Shown piece by piece: positions 9,585 to 18,824 of a stretch of 64,000 nt of DNA (its first letter is position 1; each line of letters begins with the position of its first letter). The notes under the pieces are model-generated. The model saw nothing but the letters and a program-made list of their open reading frames with translations, was not told the DNA's origin and did no database searches. The stretch is from a virus. Both the position numbers and the translations under genes were made by a program. The DNA lies in the IMG/VR virus record IMGVR_UViG_3300032431_000001, positions 1 through 64,000 of that record; one strand, 5' to 3'.

Positions 9585-9686
9585 AGGTAGTCGATCTCAG
9601 ATCCAATCAATCTCAGATTTAATCAATCGTGTTTCTACTATAACACCGCTTAAAATAAAATTACCGATATTCTAAAAAAATAAATA

Positions 9687-12600
9687 ATGACTCCGATATC
9701 CAGAAGTCTCTACAATAATCTGCCTTACTATTTGCGGATGCTCGACGAGCAAGGGTCGGGGATGCTCAAGCACATCACAGACCCGACTCAGACACAGCTA
9801 GATAAGTGGTCTGACGCTAAAGGAATGATCGAACTGATCGAGAATCCTGATACGATCCCAAAAAGCTGGGCGTACTGGGCACAGCAAAAAGTCGGTGGTG
9901 CGGGTACTCGTGAACACTGGCTCGGAATCGGAGTTCACCCGGATTGGCCCGTCGAGCGGATGCGTCGATTCTTGCTCGAAAGCTGGAATTACTGGAATAC
10001 CAAAGGTACTCAATCTTCGATTCGATGGGCGATCGACTTTTGGCTCGACTGGGAAAAATCAAACAATCCAATTTATTTAGAATTTCGCAGACCGTTTGCC
10101 GATCGCCCAACATCTGAGCCGACGCAGTGGTGGTCGTATGCAACTCCCTACGGTGCAAACATTACGCAGCACTACACCGAATTTCAGTTTTGGGGTGGCG
10201 GAGATTACCCGCAACAATATCAACCGGAAGCTCGAACACTGCGACAAGATACTTGGCAGTGGGATTTTGAAACCGTGTGGGACGATCGCCTGCTCGTACT
10301 TGATAGACCGCCAGAGATTGATAATTCAAGATCGGGTTTGGGTCCTAGAAACGTGTGGATGCACTTTCACTTAAACGAAACCGAGTGGAATAAGGTCGCG
10401 CCCGACATCCACAAACTAAATCCAGAAACTTGGCATTCGCTAGCTAGACCGCAAGTATTTCTATGGCAAGATATCGAAGCCAGCTTGAAGCTTGTCGAAG
10501 ATCCTGAATTCCCGATCGCCACCACAAAAATTCTCTACAGTATCGACGGTTTTCAGTTTGGCGATATATTCCCGTGGCCCGTCAATCAACCTCCCAGAGT
10601 TGATTCCCAAATTGTACAGAGCGCTTGGCAACCAGATCCTTACTTTCAGTTCAACGATTGCTGGGGTGGTTCTGGGGGAGAACCCGTCGCACATTCCGAC
10701 AGATACAATTCGGTTGAAGTACAGCGATTCTCTCCTTACTGGACGGCATATACCTTTTTAGCGGAAGTCGTTAAACAGGTTTTCGTTCCATCTGTGCCGA
10801 ACGAACTTGGTCTGGCAGATGTTGGTACTGACTTTCAGTCGGTCTATGCTTTTCCTCCGAACTTAGAATCGACAACTGAGACAAGCACCGATCTCGTATT
10901 TTCACAGGCGATCATATGGTTTTCGGACTACCTCGACTGCTTTGGTGGTGGTGGGGAAATTGTCAGGCGATCGCCTGAGCCACAAACTGTTTCGACGCTT
11001 GCGGTAGTTGGTTCAAGTTTTGAGGATTTATTTTTCGCGTCTGGCACTTCCACGACTTCCACTTACAGTACCGAAATTCAGTCGAATATCGGTGCGGATT
11101 ACCTGACGGCTTACGATGAAATCTGGCAGTACAACGTTGAAATTATTTTAGAACAGCAAACATCGGCAAGTTTTTTAATACCTGCGGAGCCGTGGAGTAT
11201 TCCGTACTCTCAGCAAATTATTCTCCAAGAATTTCCAAATACTTACACCGAAACGCTACCGACAAATCAATGGTTCGCTCCAGAGCGCTACGTTGAAATC
11301 GAAACTGTCGTCGTCACCCCAGGGAGCGAATCGGGACAGCCAGGGGAATTGTGGCAAGCTACTAATTCCCGATCGCCCACGGGAGAAGAAGTTGAAATTG
11401 TCGAAACAGTCGAAACTCTCGGATTTAACGGCGCTCAATACACAGACACTTATTCTTGGGTTAACCTCGGAGTTTCGACTCAGACAATATCGACTACTTT
11501 TCGTTACTTGCCGGGAGCGACATTCCAAGATTGCTTCAACGAAGTGTGGTCGGCTCGAATCGAAGTTATCTCGACAACAGACATCGAAACTTCAGAACAA
11601 TCTGGATCTGGAGTTCCCTGGACGATCGCCCAGGGCGCGTGGGTCGAAACAATTGAAGAACTCGTACCAGGCATTCCCGAATTTACAGAACCTGCGACAA
11701 CGCATCTGTGGTATGCGAACTACCGAGAATGGGAAGAAGCGATCGAGATTGAAATTCCGGGCGTTCAAAATTGTTGGGCTGGTTTGCTGGCAGATGTTTT
11801 GGAAGGGCAACAAACGATACCTATTTCCGCGGAACCGGGATTCGCGCCGAACCTTTGGGGGAGTATCACGCTAGACACGCAAACAACAACTGTAGTGCCG
11901 GGATTTCTTGGAAGTGTTGGTATCGATTTCCAAACCCCGTATTTTGGCTTTGGGCTTCCGCAAACAATTTCTTTTGATCTCGCTCCAATATCTTTAGATG
12001 GTATTGCGCCATTGAAGATCGATGTCTCGCCGATCGCCCCTGTAATCCTCAACACCAAAATAGCTTATGACTTATTTGCAGACGAGAATCAGATTTTTAA
12101 CTCCGACGACTGGTGGCAGTACCCAGGAAAAGCGTCTGTGGAAACAGTGCTCGCCAGCATCGGGGGATTCCGCATCGACGAGCCACAATTATGTTTCCAA
12201 TATCTTGACACCTACGATAACGGTTTTCAATGGTACGCTTACGGTGTATCCACCGAAGCGACTTCAGTAGTTGAACCTGTTATCCAGCAGTACAACTTAT
12301 GCAACGTTGTTGACAACTTTACTTTAAGTAAAATCGAAAACCGCCGCGAGGTGATAGAATCAATACCAGATTCCGAACGGGCGATCGAGAAAACGTACCC
12401 GCTACTGCAACAAGCCGCTAGACAGCAAAACTGGACGCTTTCGGTTGAAACTGACGAGGAACTGATGCTAGTAGAGCCGTTGGTGTTTTTTACAGAAAAA
12501 GATGGGGAGAGATCACTGGCGATCGATCTCGATCGCCAACTTAATCTCGAATTCGTGTTTATCGTGGGTCGGTTTACGCATATTAGATCAATCTCTTTAT

Positions 12601-12725
12601 TTGTCGGACACAAAATCGTCGAGAGCAAGACGTACACGATTCCGCTTAACGTACATCCCAAAGATAAGATCGGGTTCAAATTCACTTTAAATCTAGCCCC
12701 TCAACCGTTGACAGCATTGGCTTAA
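9687..12725 (+). CDS. tail/baseplate protein with P2 gpI-like N-terminal domain
   Basis: 1012 aa. The N-terminus LPYYLRMLDE...IPKSWAYWAQQ...WPVERMRRFLLESWNYWNTKGTQSSIRWAIDFWL resembles phage tail protein I (P2 gpI: LLPWLAWAF...W...KRAVIRDAY..HCHKGT...IRRVVE). The long Thr/Ser/Glu-rich remainder is fibre-like. Confidence 0.5.
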   Translation: MTPISRSLYNNLPYYLRMLDEQGSGMLKHITDPTQTQLDKWSDAKGMIELIENPDTIPKSWAYWAQQKVGGAGTREHWLGIGVHPDWPVERMRRFLLESWNYWNTKGTQSSIRWAIDFWLDWEKSNNPIYLEFRRPFADRPTSEPTQWWSYATPYGANITQHYTEFQFWGGGDYPQQYQPEARTLRQDTWQWDFETVWDDRLLVLDRPPEIDNSRSGLGPRNVWMHFHLNETEWNKVAPDIHKLNPETWHSLARPQVFLWQDIEASLKLVEDPEFPIATTKILYSIDGFQFGDIFPWPVNQPPRVDSQIVQSAWQPDPYFQFNDCWGGSGGEPVAHSDRYNSVEVQRFSPYWTAYTFLAEVVKQVFVPSVPNELGLADVGTDFQSVYAFPPNLESTTETSTDLVFSQAIIWFSDYLDCFGGGGEIVRRSPEPQTVSTLAVVGSSFEDLFFASGTSTTSTYSTEIQSNIGADYLTAYDEIWQYNVEIILEQQTSASFLIPAEPWSIPYSQQIILQEFPNTYTETLPTNQWFAPERYVEIETVVVTPGSESGQPGELWQATNSRSPTGEEVEIVETVETLGFNGAQYTDTYSWVNLGVSTQTISTTFRYLPGATFQDCFNEVWSARIEVISTTDIETSEQSGSGVPWTIAQGAWVETIEELVPGIPEFTEPATTHLWYANYREWEEAIEIEIPGVQNCWAGLLADVLEGQQTIPISAEPGFAPNLWGSITLDTQTTTVVPGFLGSVGIDFQTPYFGFGLPQTISFDLAPISLDGIAPLKIDVSPIAPVILNTKIAYDLFADENQIFNSDDWWQYPGKASVETVLASIGGFRIDEPQLCFQYLDTYDNGFQWYAYGVSTEATSVVEPVIQQYNLCNVVDNFTLSKIENRREVIESIPDSERAIEKTYPLLQQAARQQNWTLSVETDEELMLVEPLVFFTEKDGERSLAIDLDRQLNLEFVFIVGRFTHIRSISLFVGHKIVESKTYTIPLNVHPKDKIGFKFTLNLAPQPLTALA

Positions 12726-12751
12726 TTTCTATATTCGCGAGAGATATTACA

Positions 12752-13072
12752 GTGACAACACAACCTTTAAAGAATCAAGATTCCCCGATATCCGACAAAA
12801 CGCTAATAGAAAAGCTGAAAAGGATTCTCGAAAGCGCGCATGATGCAGCGATCGTCTGGAGGAAAGACCTTTCGCGCGATCAAAGTCAATATGAAAATTA
12901 TCGAGATTGGTGTTTCTGTCAGGTATGGGATTTATTCTGGGATGTCGCAAGCAAGATTAAAATAGACGTAGATTACTGCGATCCAGATACTACCTGCGAA
13001 GCGGATATGCAGGCCCGACTAGATTCCTACAAAAATATTGACTGGGTGATCGATCTCAAAGAAAACTTGTAG
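12752..13072 (+). CDS. hypothetical protein
   Basis: 106 aa, GTG start, acidic. Followed by a half-terminator (aaaaagcgggcgatcgg with no second arm) at about 13087-13103. Confidence 0.45.
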   Translation: MTTQPLKNQDSPISDKTLIEKLKRILESAHDAAIVWRKDLSRDQSQYENYRDWCFCQVWDLFWDVASKIKIDVDYCDPDTTCEADMQARLDSYKNIDWVIDLKENL

Positions 13073-13188
13073 ACGATATCATAATAAAAAGCGGGCGATC
13101 GGATTCTGACAACATTTGGTTTTACTTGCCCTTGACAGTTGTACCTAGTTAGAGTACATTATAAAAGTAGTAATTCTTAAGAACCCAT

Positions 13189-13584
13189 ATGTTCTCATTA
13201 GTGAACGTTCGATCGTCAGATATTTGTTTTCGTTTGTACGAAGACGTTAAAGGTTCGCCTTACTTATTAAAAGTAAGCGTAACAGTCAAGGAAGTATTGG
13301 AAAAAGTAAAGCAAGGTATTGCTGAAAGCGGGTATACAGGACTCAACCTTACTAATTTTGATTCCGGTTCCTCTCTGCACATTGAAGCTAACGAAAACTA
13401 CGACTTAACCCTTGTAGCCGAAGCAATGGCTGAATACTGGGCGAGTCAAGATTATGTAGTCGCCCGCAAAAGGGGTACACTCGACTCGCCGTATGACGTT
13501 GAAACCTTTTTACTTGAAAGCGATCGCCTTCGAGCGAGTAAAGGGAAGTACACCAAGTGTTACGGATTGCCGGAAGTAGAGTAA
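13189..13584 (+). CDS. hypothetical protein
   Basis: 131 aa. Promoter TTGACA (13132), 17 bp, TACATT (13155), N6, GTAGTA (13167). Palindromic terminator at 13603-13637. Confidence 0.55.
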   Translation: MFSLVNVRSSDICFRLYEDVKGSPYLLKVSVTVKEVLEKVKQGIAESGYTGLNLTNFDSGSSLHIEANENYDLTLVAEAMAEYWASQDYVVARKRGTLDSPYDVETFLLESDRLRASKGKYTKCYGLPEVE

Positions 13585-13602
13585 AAGGTTAATATCTAAA
13601 AA

Positions 13603-13637
13603 GCGGGCGATCGAATTAATTTAATTCGATCGCTCGC
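13603..13637 (+). terminator. palindromic intrinsic terminator (HIP1-stem family)
   Basis: GCGGGCGATCGAATTAATTTAATTCGATCGCTCGC, flanked by an A-run and a T-run, 19 nt after stop 13584. Confidence 0.7.
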
Positions 13638-13776
13638 TTTTTGTTTGTATTGTGTTACGATTTTTCTAAAGCTTTTTATCAAGAAAGTAAAATGTAATGT
13701 GAATTAAATTAATTCATGTTTTTTTGTGCTGTTCTTGTAGTATAGTTGTAGTACAAGGAAACACAAAGGAGAAACA

Positions 13777-14163
13777 ATGAAAGCACCAATCTCGTTCAAA
13801 ACTCTGACAAAAACAGAGGAAGAGGCTACAAAAGTCATAGAAAAGGTCATACAAGACCTGAATATCGACTGGAAAGAAGTACGTCCCGGAGAAACACTCG
13901 TTGATGAGCCAAATTTTCGCGCATCAAACAAGAAATGGAGTGTAGGTGTTTACACGCACCACTGCGGAGTAGTGGGAGTATTCCTGTCTTGGAGGATTTC
14001 TGGCAAGGTTCCAGTTCTAGGAAGGGTTGGGGTTTACCTGACGCTTAATTCCCATCAGGGAGTAACCCTGTGGGAAGACCACGAAGAGATATGGAAGGGA
14101 GCGCTAGAATATAACGATCTGCTACGATATGGAATCGTAGGGAATCAAGCTCTCGAACGCTAA
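13777..14163 (+). CDS. hypothetical protein
   Basis: 128 aa. AGGAG-type SD (aaaggagaaacaATG). Palindromic terminator at 14171-14205. Confidence 0.55.
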   Translation: MKAPISFKTLTKTEEEATKVIEKVIQDLNIDWKEVRPGETLVDEPNFRASNKKWSVGVYTHHCGVVGVFLSWRISGKVPVLGRVGVYLTLNSHQGVTLWEDHEEIWKGALEYNDLLRYGIVGNQALER

Positions 14164-14170
14164 TAAAAAA

Positions 14171-14205
14171 GCGGGCGATCGGATTAAATTAATTCGATCG
14201 CCCGC
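14171..14205. terminator. palindromic bidirectional terminator (HIP1-stem family)
   Basis: GCGGGCGATCGGATTAAATTAATTCGATCGCCCGC with A-run/T-run. It lies between convergent genes ending at 14163 (+) and 14229 (-). Confidence 0.75.
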
Positions 14206-14228
14206 TTTTTTATTTCCGCAAAACCAGT

Positions 14229-14549
14229 TTAATTTTCGTCATACCACACAATGCGATCGTATGACTCAACCCAATAAAGCTGATTCGGCGTTATGGGGAA
14301 ATGACCCTCATTCTCGTCTCTCGGAAACTTAATTAAATCTTTGTCGTACAATTCTTGGGCGATCGTCACTGTTTCTTCGGGGAATTTACTCCAGTAACCT
14401 TTTGGGTATTCAGGAATGACGCGGTTTAAAAAAGTCTTTCTAGTGCAAGCGGAAATGATTTCTTTGACTTCCTCTTGTTTAACTCTACCGTCTGCGATTT
14501 GCACTATGCACACGGGAAGTGAAAGTCCGATCAAGTGCGGTTTAGACAT
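14229..14549 (-). CDS. hypothetical protein, coupled to gp25-like gene
   Basis: 106 aa. Its ATG overlaps the stop of 14549..15016 (shared nucleotide 14549). No family recognised. Confidence 0.5.
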   Translation of the reverse strand: MSKPHLIGLSLPVCIVQIADGRVKQEEVKEIISACTRKTFLNRVIPEYPKGYWSKFPEETVTIAQELYDKDLIKFPRDENEGHFPITPNQLYWVESYDRIVWYDEN

Positions 14550-15016
14550 TAATTTCTAAAAATAGGGAACGGTTCTCCATTGAACGACATACTCCTGCGA
14601 AACGATTCCATATCTCCTTCAAATAAAGCGCCACGGTAGGCGAACCAACCGAAAGTCAGTGTTTGGAGTGTAGGAAAGTCCCTGGGAATAAAGTCGATCG
14701 TCGCTTTCAGTTCATTGTAAGCGTCAGGCTGCTCTTCTATAAATACCCGCAGTTGTTCGATTCCGTCAACGTGCTTGAGAATTGCGGTGTGCGCTCTATA
14801 GCACCAATATTGCGGCTGGGCGTTCGACATCGGCTCAAACAAATCTGGTGCCAGACCAAAACTCGGATAGAGCGCAATCTCTCCTGGCTGCACCAGCAGC
14901 ACTGACGTAATTTCATCTGCGATTTTTTCGGGCCCGCGCACGATCCGGAGCGTACCTCGGCTAGTTTCCATCGGCCACAAACCCAGGGCCGACCCCATAT
15001 AGTCAAAATCAGGCAT
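14549..15016 (-). CDS. baseplate wedge protein, GPW/gp25-like
   Basis: 155 aa. EKIADEITSVLLVQPGEIALYPSFGLAPDLFEPMS matches the gp25/W signature (..I.qsi..iL.T..GER...P.FG..l..l.f.p). A later IEQLRVFIEE...LKATIDF also fits. Confidence 0.6.
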   Translation of the reverse strand: MPDFDYMGSALGLWPMETSRGTLRIVRGPEKIADEITSVLLVQPGEIALYPSFGLAPDLFEPMSNAQPQYWCYRAHTAILKHVDGIEQLRVFIEEQPDAYNELKATIDFIPRDFPTLQTLTFGWFAYRGALFEGDMESFRRSMSFNGEPFPIFRN

Positions 15017-15202
15017 AAAAAAACCGACTCTCTTGCGAGTAGCCGGATTAGGGGTGATTCTCTTTCTGTCTTGTGGTTCTTGCCCTTGAATTTTAGCTGA
15101 TTTTGTGATATTTTAACAGAACAAGGATTGCCGCTTGATCAAGGATCTGGTTTTGTCGGAGACGAAATATTTCGTCATTTTTACTTTAAAAGAGGCTGTA
15201 TA

Positions 15203-15415
15203 ATGACTTTACAAGAAATTATCGATCAGGTTGAAAGTTTATCAATAGAAGAGCAGGATCAGTTTTTTAATTTGATCTGCAAGCGACGGACTGAAAATCG
15301 GCGGGTTGAAATTTTGGCGAACGCCCAAGAAGTTTTTAAAGCTGTAGAGACGGGAACGGCTATGAGCGGAACTTTTGAAGAGTTGAAGGTATATTTATTA
15401 CAGACGGCGGATTGA
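15203..15415 (+). CDS. small antitoxin-like (addiction-module-component-like) protein, no partner
   Basis: ORF track 15128..15415 trimmed to ATG 15203, with an AGAGG SD 8 nt upstream. MTLQEIIDQVESLSIEEQDQFFNLI...AQEVFKAVETGTAMSGTFEELKVYL resembles small cyanobacterial antitoxin-type proteins. No toxin gene is adjacent. Confidence 0.3.
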   Translation: MTLQEIIDQVESLSIEEQDQFFNLICKRRTENRRVEILANAQEVFKAVETGTAMSGTFEELKVYLLQTAD

Positions 15416-15446
15416 TTTCAACAACCGATTCGAGTTTTAAAAGAAA

Positions 15447-15479
15447 AGCCCGTGCGATCGAAATTCGATCGCACGGGCT
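15447..15479 (+). terminator. palindromic terminator
   Basis: AGCCCGTGCGATCGAAATTCGATCGCACGGGCT followed by TTTCTTTT, after stop 15415. Confidence 0.7.
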
Positions 15480-15551
15480 TTTCTTTTGTCGTAAAACAAT
15501 ACAAAAAAGGAACCCCAGTCATTAATCAATGAACTGGGGTTCCTTTTTTTG

Positions 15552-16094
15552 CTACAACTTAATGTAGCTTTCCTTATCTAGTGGTATTTCTACCGCATCG
15601 TAAATCTCTGCTTCAGAAGCAGAGATTTTAAAAATCTCTGCTTCTGTTATAAAAAGAAAATAGGCATCCGCTCGCGAGGGCTTTACCCTCAACAGCGTAT
15701 CTGGCGCGACTTGCATCAACAAGTCATCCCAGGTGCCGGTTCTTCCGGCATCTCCGAAGGCTCCTTGCCCTCGTGATTTTACAGAAACGTTTTGTTCGCG
15801 TCCTTTGAGGACACGAATATTGCCATTGGCGTTCCTGACGTAGGCACCCTCTGTTGAGATCCGCATTAACCAGCAGCAAGGCTGGTTATCATCATTCGCT
15901 TCATCAGCACCTTGGGTTATTTTTGGTTTCCCAACCGTTGGAGCGAACAGATCAACCTGTTGTCCGTCTACGAGCCCCTTGGGGCAAGTGACTAGAGTGA
16001 ACTTGCGTCCTCTCCCACTTTCTCCCAATGTCAAAACATCTACGGCTCCAAAGGAAGCTGTATATGTGACCGCTTTTAAATTGTATGCTTTCAT
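15552..16094 (-). CDS. hypothetical protein
   Basis: ORF track 15552..16151 trimmed to ATG 16094 (MKAYNLKAV...), which has a GGAG SD. A hairpin terminator lies at about 15509-15550. Confidence 0.5.
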   Translation of the reverse strand: MKAYNLKAVTYTASFGAVDVLTLGESGRGRKFTLVTCPKGLVDGQQVDLFAPTVGKPKITQGADEANDDNQPCCWLMRISTEGAYVRNANGNIRVLKGREQNVSVKSRGQGAFGDAGRTGTWDDLLMQVAPDTLLRVKPSRADAYFLFITEAEIFKISASEAEIYDAVEIPLDKESYIKL

Positions 16095-16323
16095 GATCGA
16101 ACTCCTTTGTTTTTGTATCTTTATTATACAACGGATTATATACAAAGTCAATCATCTTTATTATATTTATTCGATCGCCATGTAGTTGCGTCTATTTGCG
16201 CGCGATCGGTAAATTAAATTAAGAAATGTTTTAGCGTCCGACATCTGCTAATGCTAGAATAAAAACAAGCCAACCGCATGATGGGCGATCGGCTTGTAAA
16301 AGTCACACTAGGTAGCTCACCAA

Positions 16324-16779
16324 ATGGCTAATAATATTGTACATATTCCAGAAGAAATTCGCAACGAGTTCAAGATCGATGCTGACGGCAAAGCCTTTGT
16401 CTCGATTCGAGGTGCTGTCCGATTGTCGGACATAAATAACAAAACGCTGAGCGATTCTTTGAAAACGGGTGCGGGGATAAAGTCGATCGCGAGCGATGAA
16501 ACATTGCCTGCACAAGGCTTTGAGGGTGCGGGGTAAAAATAACATTATACACATTGTAGAAGAGGTTCGCAACGAGTTTAAGATCGATGCTGATGGTAAA
16601 GCCTTTGCCTCGATTCGAGGTGTTGTTCGAGTCACATCGCACTAATTAAAGCGTTCGAGTGTGGTAACATGAGTCAATCGAAATCGGCTGAAATGCGTAC
16701 TATATCTGGATTTGTACCTGGTAACTTCGCCGAAACAGGTATTCCCGACATTGCACTTTTAGTGATCTCAAAATACTAA
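16324..16779 (+). pseudogene. decayed copies of a small gene family (same family as 27645-28114)
   Basis: The 70-aa ORF 16324..16536 starts MANNIVHIPEEIRNEFKIDADGKAFVSIRGAVRL. Its first ~95 nt (16330-16423) recur at 16538-16630 (NNIIHIVEEVRNEFKIDADGKAFASIRGVVRV, then a stop). A 36-aa ORF at 16669-16779 (…ISGFVPGNFAETGIPDIALLVISKY) resembles the family C-terminus seen at 27930-27990. Confidence 0.4.
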
Positions 16780-16987
16780 GCATACAAAGCAAGGTTGACG
16801 ACTGGTTTTGGGAACCTATGAATCAGTAAAACTACCAACCTCGATATACCGATCGCCCAGTTGAGGTAATTTAATCAACCGAAAACCCGCAAGTAATCAA
16901 TACTACTTGCGGGTTTTTGTAAAAGATTGTCGTTAAAATAACAAGATTATCGCTTATAATTATCGTGTAGTTACAATATCTAATCCA

Positions 16988-18763
16988 ATGTACAAACTAA
17001 GAGATTATCAACAACAACTAGAGGATGAAATCTTTAGGCTGTGGGCGATCGGTATTCGCAGTATAATGGTTCAATTACCGACTGGTGGTGGTAAGACAAA
17101 CACATTTGGTAGTATCACACATAAAGAGTTGGAAAACTATGGACGTGTCTTAGTGATCGCCCATAGGGAAGAGTTGATATTTCAAGCGAAAGCTACGATT
17201 GAAAAAGCGTCAGGGCATACGGCGGGGATAATTAAAAGCGGACACCAACCCAGTCCGCTGTTCCCGTTACAAGTAGCGTCGATCTTTACGCTAACCAAAT
17301 ACGAAAGTATGCCCCCAGCAGATTTGATTATTATTGACGAAGCGCACCACGCTTGCAGTCGCAGTTACACGCGAGTGACAGAGCAGTACCCAAATGCCAG
17401 AATATTAGGATTTACAGCAACACCTTGCCGCGGCGACGGGCAGGGGTTTAAGTATTTGTTCCAGGAATTGATTTGCGGGCCTACGACAAAAGAGTTAATC
17501 GATCGCGGGCATTTGTGTCAGTACAAGCTGTTTGAAGCTGGTAAAACGATCGACACCAGCGACCTGAAAACAAACAGTGAAGGTGAATTTAATGTCGAAC
17601 AGTTGAGTAAAGCTGTCGGCGCTCAAATCGAACCTGAAGATGTTGTCCGGGAATGGTTGAATAAGGCAAGCGGTAAGCAAACCGTAGTATTTGCGGTGGA
17701 TGTTGAAAAAAGCAAAGCTTACGCCGCAGCTTTTTGTCGAGATGGAATTCCGGCGGAACATATAGACGGGAAAACTGAAAAGGACGATCGCCAAGAAATC
17801 CTGCGTCGATTCACATCCGGTGAGACGCTCGTGCTGTGTAACTGTGGAATTGTCTCGGAAGGCGTCGATATTCCTGGGATAATAGCAGTTCAAATCGTGA
17901 AACCGGTAGCAAGCTTGAGTCTCTGGCGACAAATGGTCGGTCGCGCATTACGACCTGCTGAAGGTAAAGATTTCGCGATTATCATCGATCACTCACGCCA
18001 AACGGCTCGGAAAAAATTGGGTCTTCCTGATGACGACGTGGATTGGACGCTGGAACCTCAAAGCCTCGACGAACTCGGTAAAAAGTTCTTCTCAGTCACT
18101 TGCTCTGACTGTGGCCACGTATTCAAACCCTTGCCTCACGAAATACCTAAATTGATTTGTGAGTGTCCAAACTGTCAAACAGAAAATACGTTCAAGATGG
18201 GTAGTGGTAGCGAAAAAGAGGTGGAACCGAAGGAAGTTCTAGTTGCGGGTAGCGACAAGGAGCGGGCGATCGATCTCACCGTCAATCCCGATCATCAGTT
18301 AATTATCGACAAGCTTTTTTGCGACAGCGATCGCCACCAACACCGAAAAGATTGGGTCTATCACCAATTTATGGATGTCGCGAGTGAATGGTTGTCAGAT
18401 ATCTCAATGGGAACGTGGCGCTACCTCGCTCAAAAACTCGGCTACAAAACAACGTGGGCTACGAAAAAATATCAAGAAATCGAAGAGCAATACCGAGAAC
18501 TCACACCGGTAGAACTCAAATCGCTGTGGGAAAATACCGTAGCCGTAATTGAACCCTATTCGACGCGGGCGCTGCTCCGTCAGCATTGCTATCTCGTAGG
18601 ATTTAAAAACAAACACGCCAACCTAGAGGTAACTTCAGCACCGCTACTGAAAATGGCGAGAGCCAGGCAAGACAGAATCCAAGATGCTTTTACAAAAGTG
18701 ATCGCTTTCACGCCGACTGTGGAACTGAGAGCTAGAGAAAAAATTCAGGAGGCGATCGGGTAA
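16988..18763 (+). CDS. SF2 DEAD/DEAH-box DNA helicase with internal zinc ribbon
   Basis: 591 aa. Walker A QLPTGGGKT, DEAH box LIIIDEAHHA, motif III GFTATP, motif VI WRQMVGRALRP, zinc ribbon CSDCGH...CECPNCQ. The extra ~200-aa C-terminal region is of unknown function. Confidence 0.85.
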   Translation: MYKLRDYQQQLEDEIFRLWAIGIRSIMVQLPTGGGKTNTFGSITHKELENYGRVLVIAHREELIFQAKATIEKASGHTAGIIKSGHQPSPLFPLQVASIFTLTKYESMPPADLIIIDEAHHACSRSYTRVTEQYPNARILGFTATPCRGDGQGFKYLFQELICGPTTKELIDRGHLCQYKLFEAGKTIDTSDLKTNSEGEFNVEQLSKAVGAQIEPEDVVREWLNKASGKQTVVFAVDVEKSKAYAAAFCRDGIPAEHIDGKTEKDDRQEILRRFTSGETLVLCNCGIVSEGVDIPGIIAVQIVKPVASLSLWRQMVGRALRPAEGKDFAIIIDHSRQTARKKLGLPDDDVDWTLEPQSLDELGKKFFSVTCSDCGHVFKPLPHEIPKLICECPNCQTENTFKMGSGSEKEVEPKEVLVAGSDKERAIDLTVNPDHQLIIDKLFCDSDRHQHRKDWVYHQFMDVASEWLSDISMGTWRYLAQKLGYKTTWATKKYQEIEEQYRELTPVELKSLWENTVAVIEPYSTRALLRQHCYLVGFKNKHANLEVTSAPLLKMARARQDRIQDAFTKVIAFTPTVELRAREKIQEAIG

Positions 18764-18824
18764 TAACAATTTACTTACTTTCTCGGCAAAGATACAATGG
18801 TAGAGTAGTCAACAGGTTTAGCTA

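Noticed and set aside
9798-12690. Nested ORFs within the 1012-aa tail gene (e.g. 11293..11874, 12239..12685)
   Set aside because: These are shadow frames inside a long ORF with a recognisable N-terminal gpI-like domain. No independent signals.
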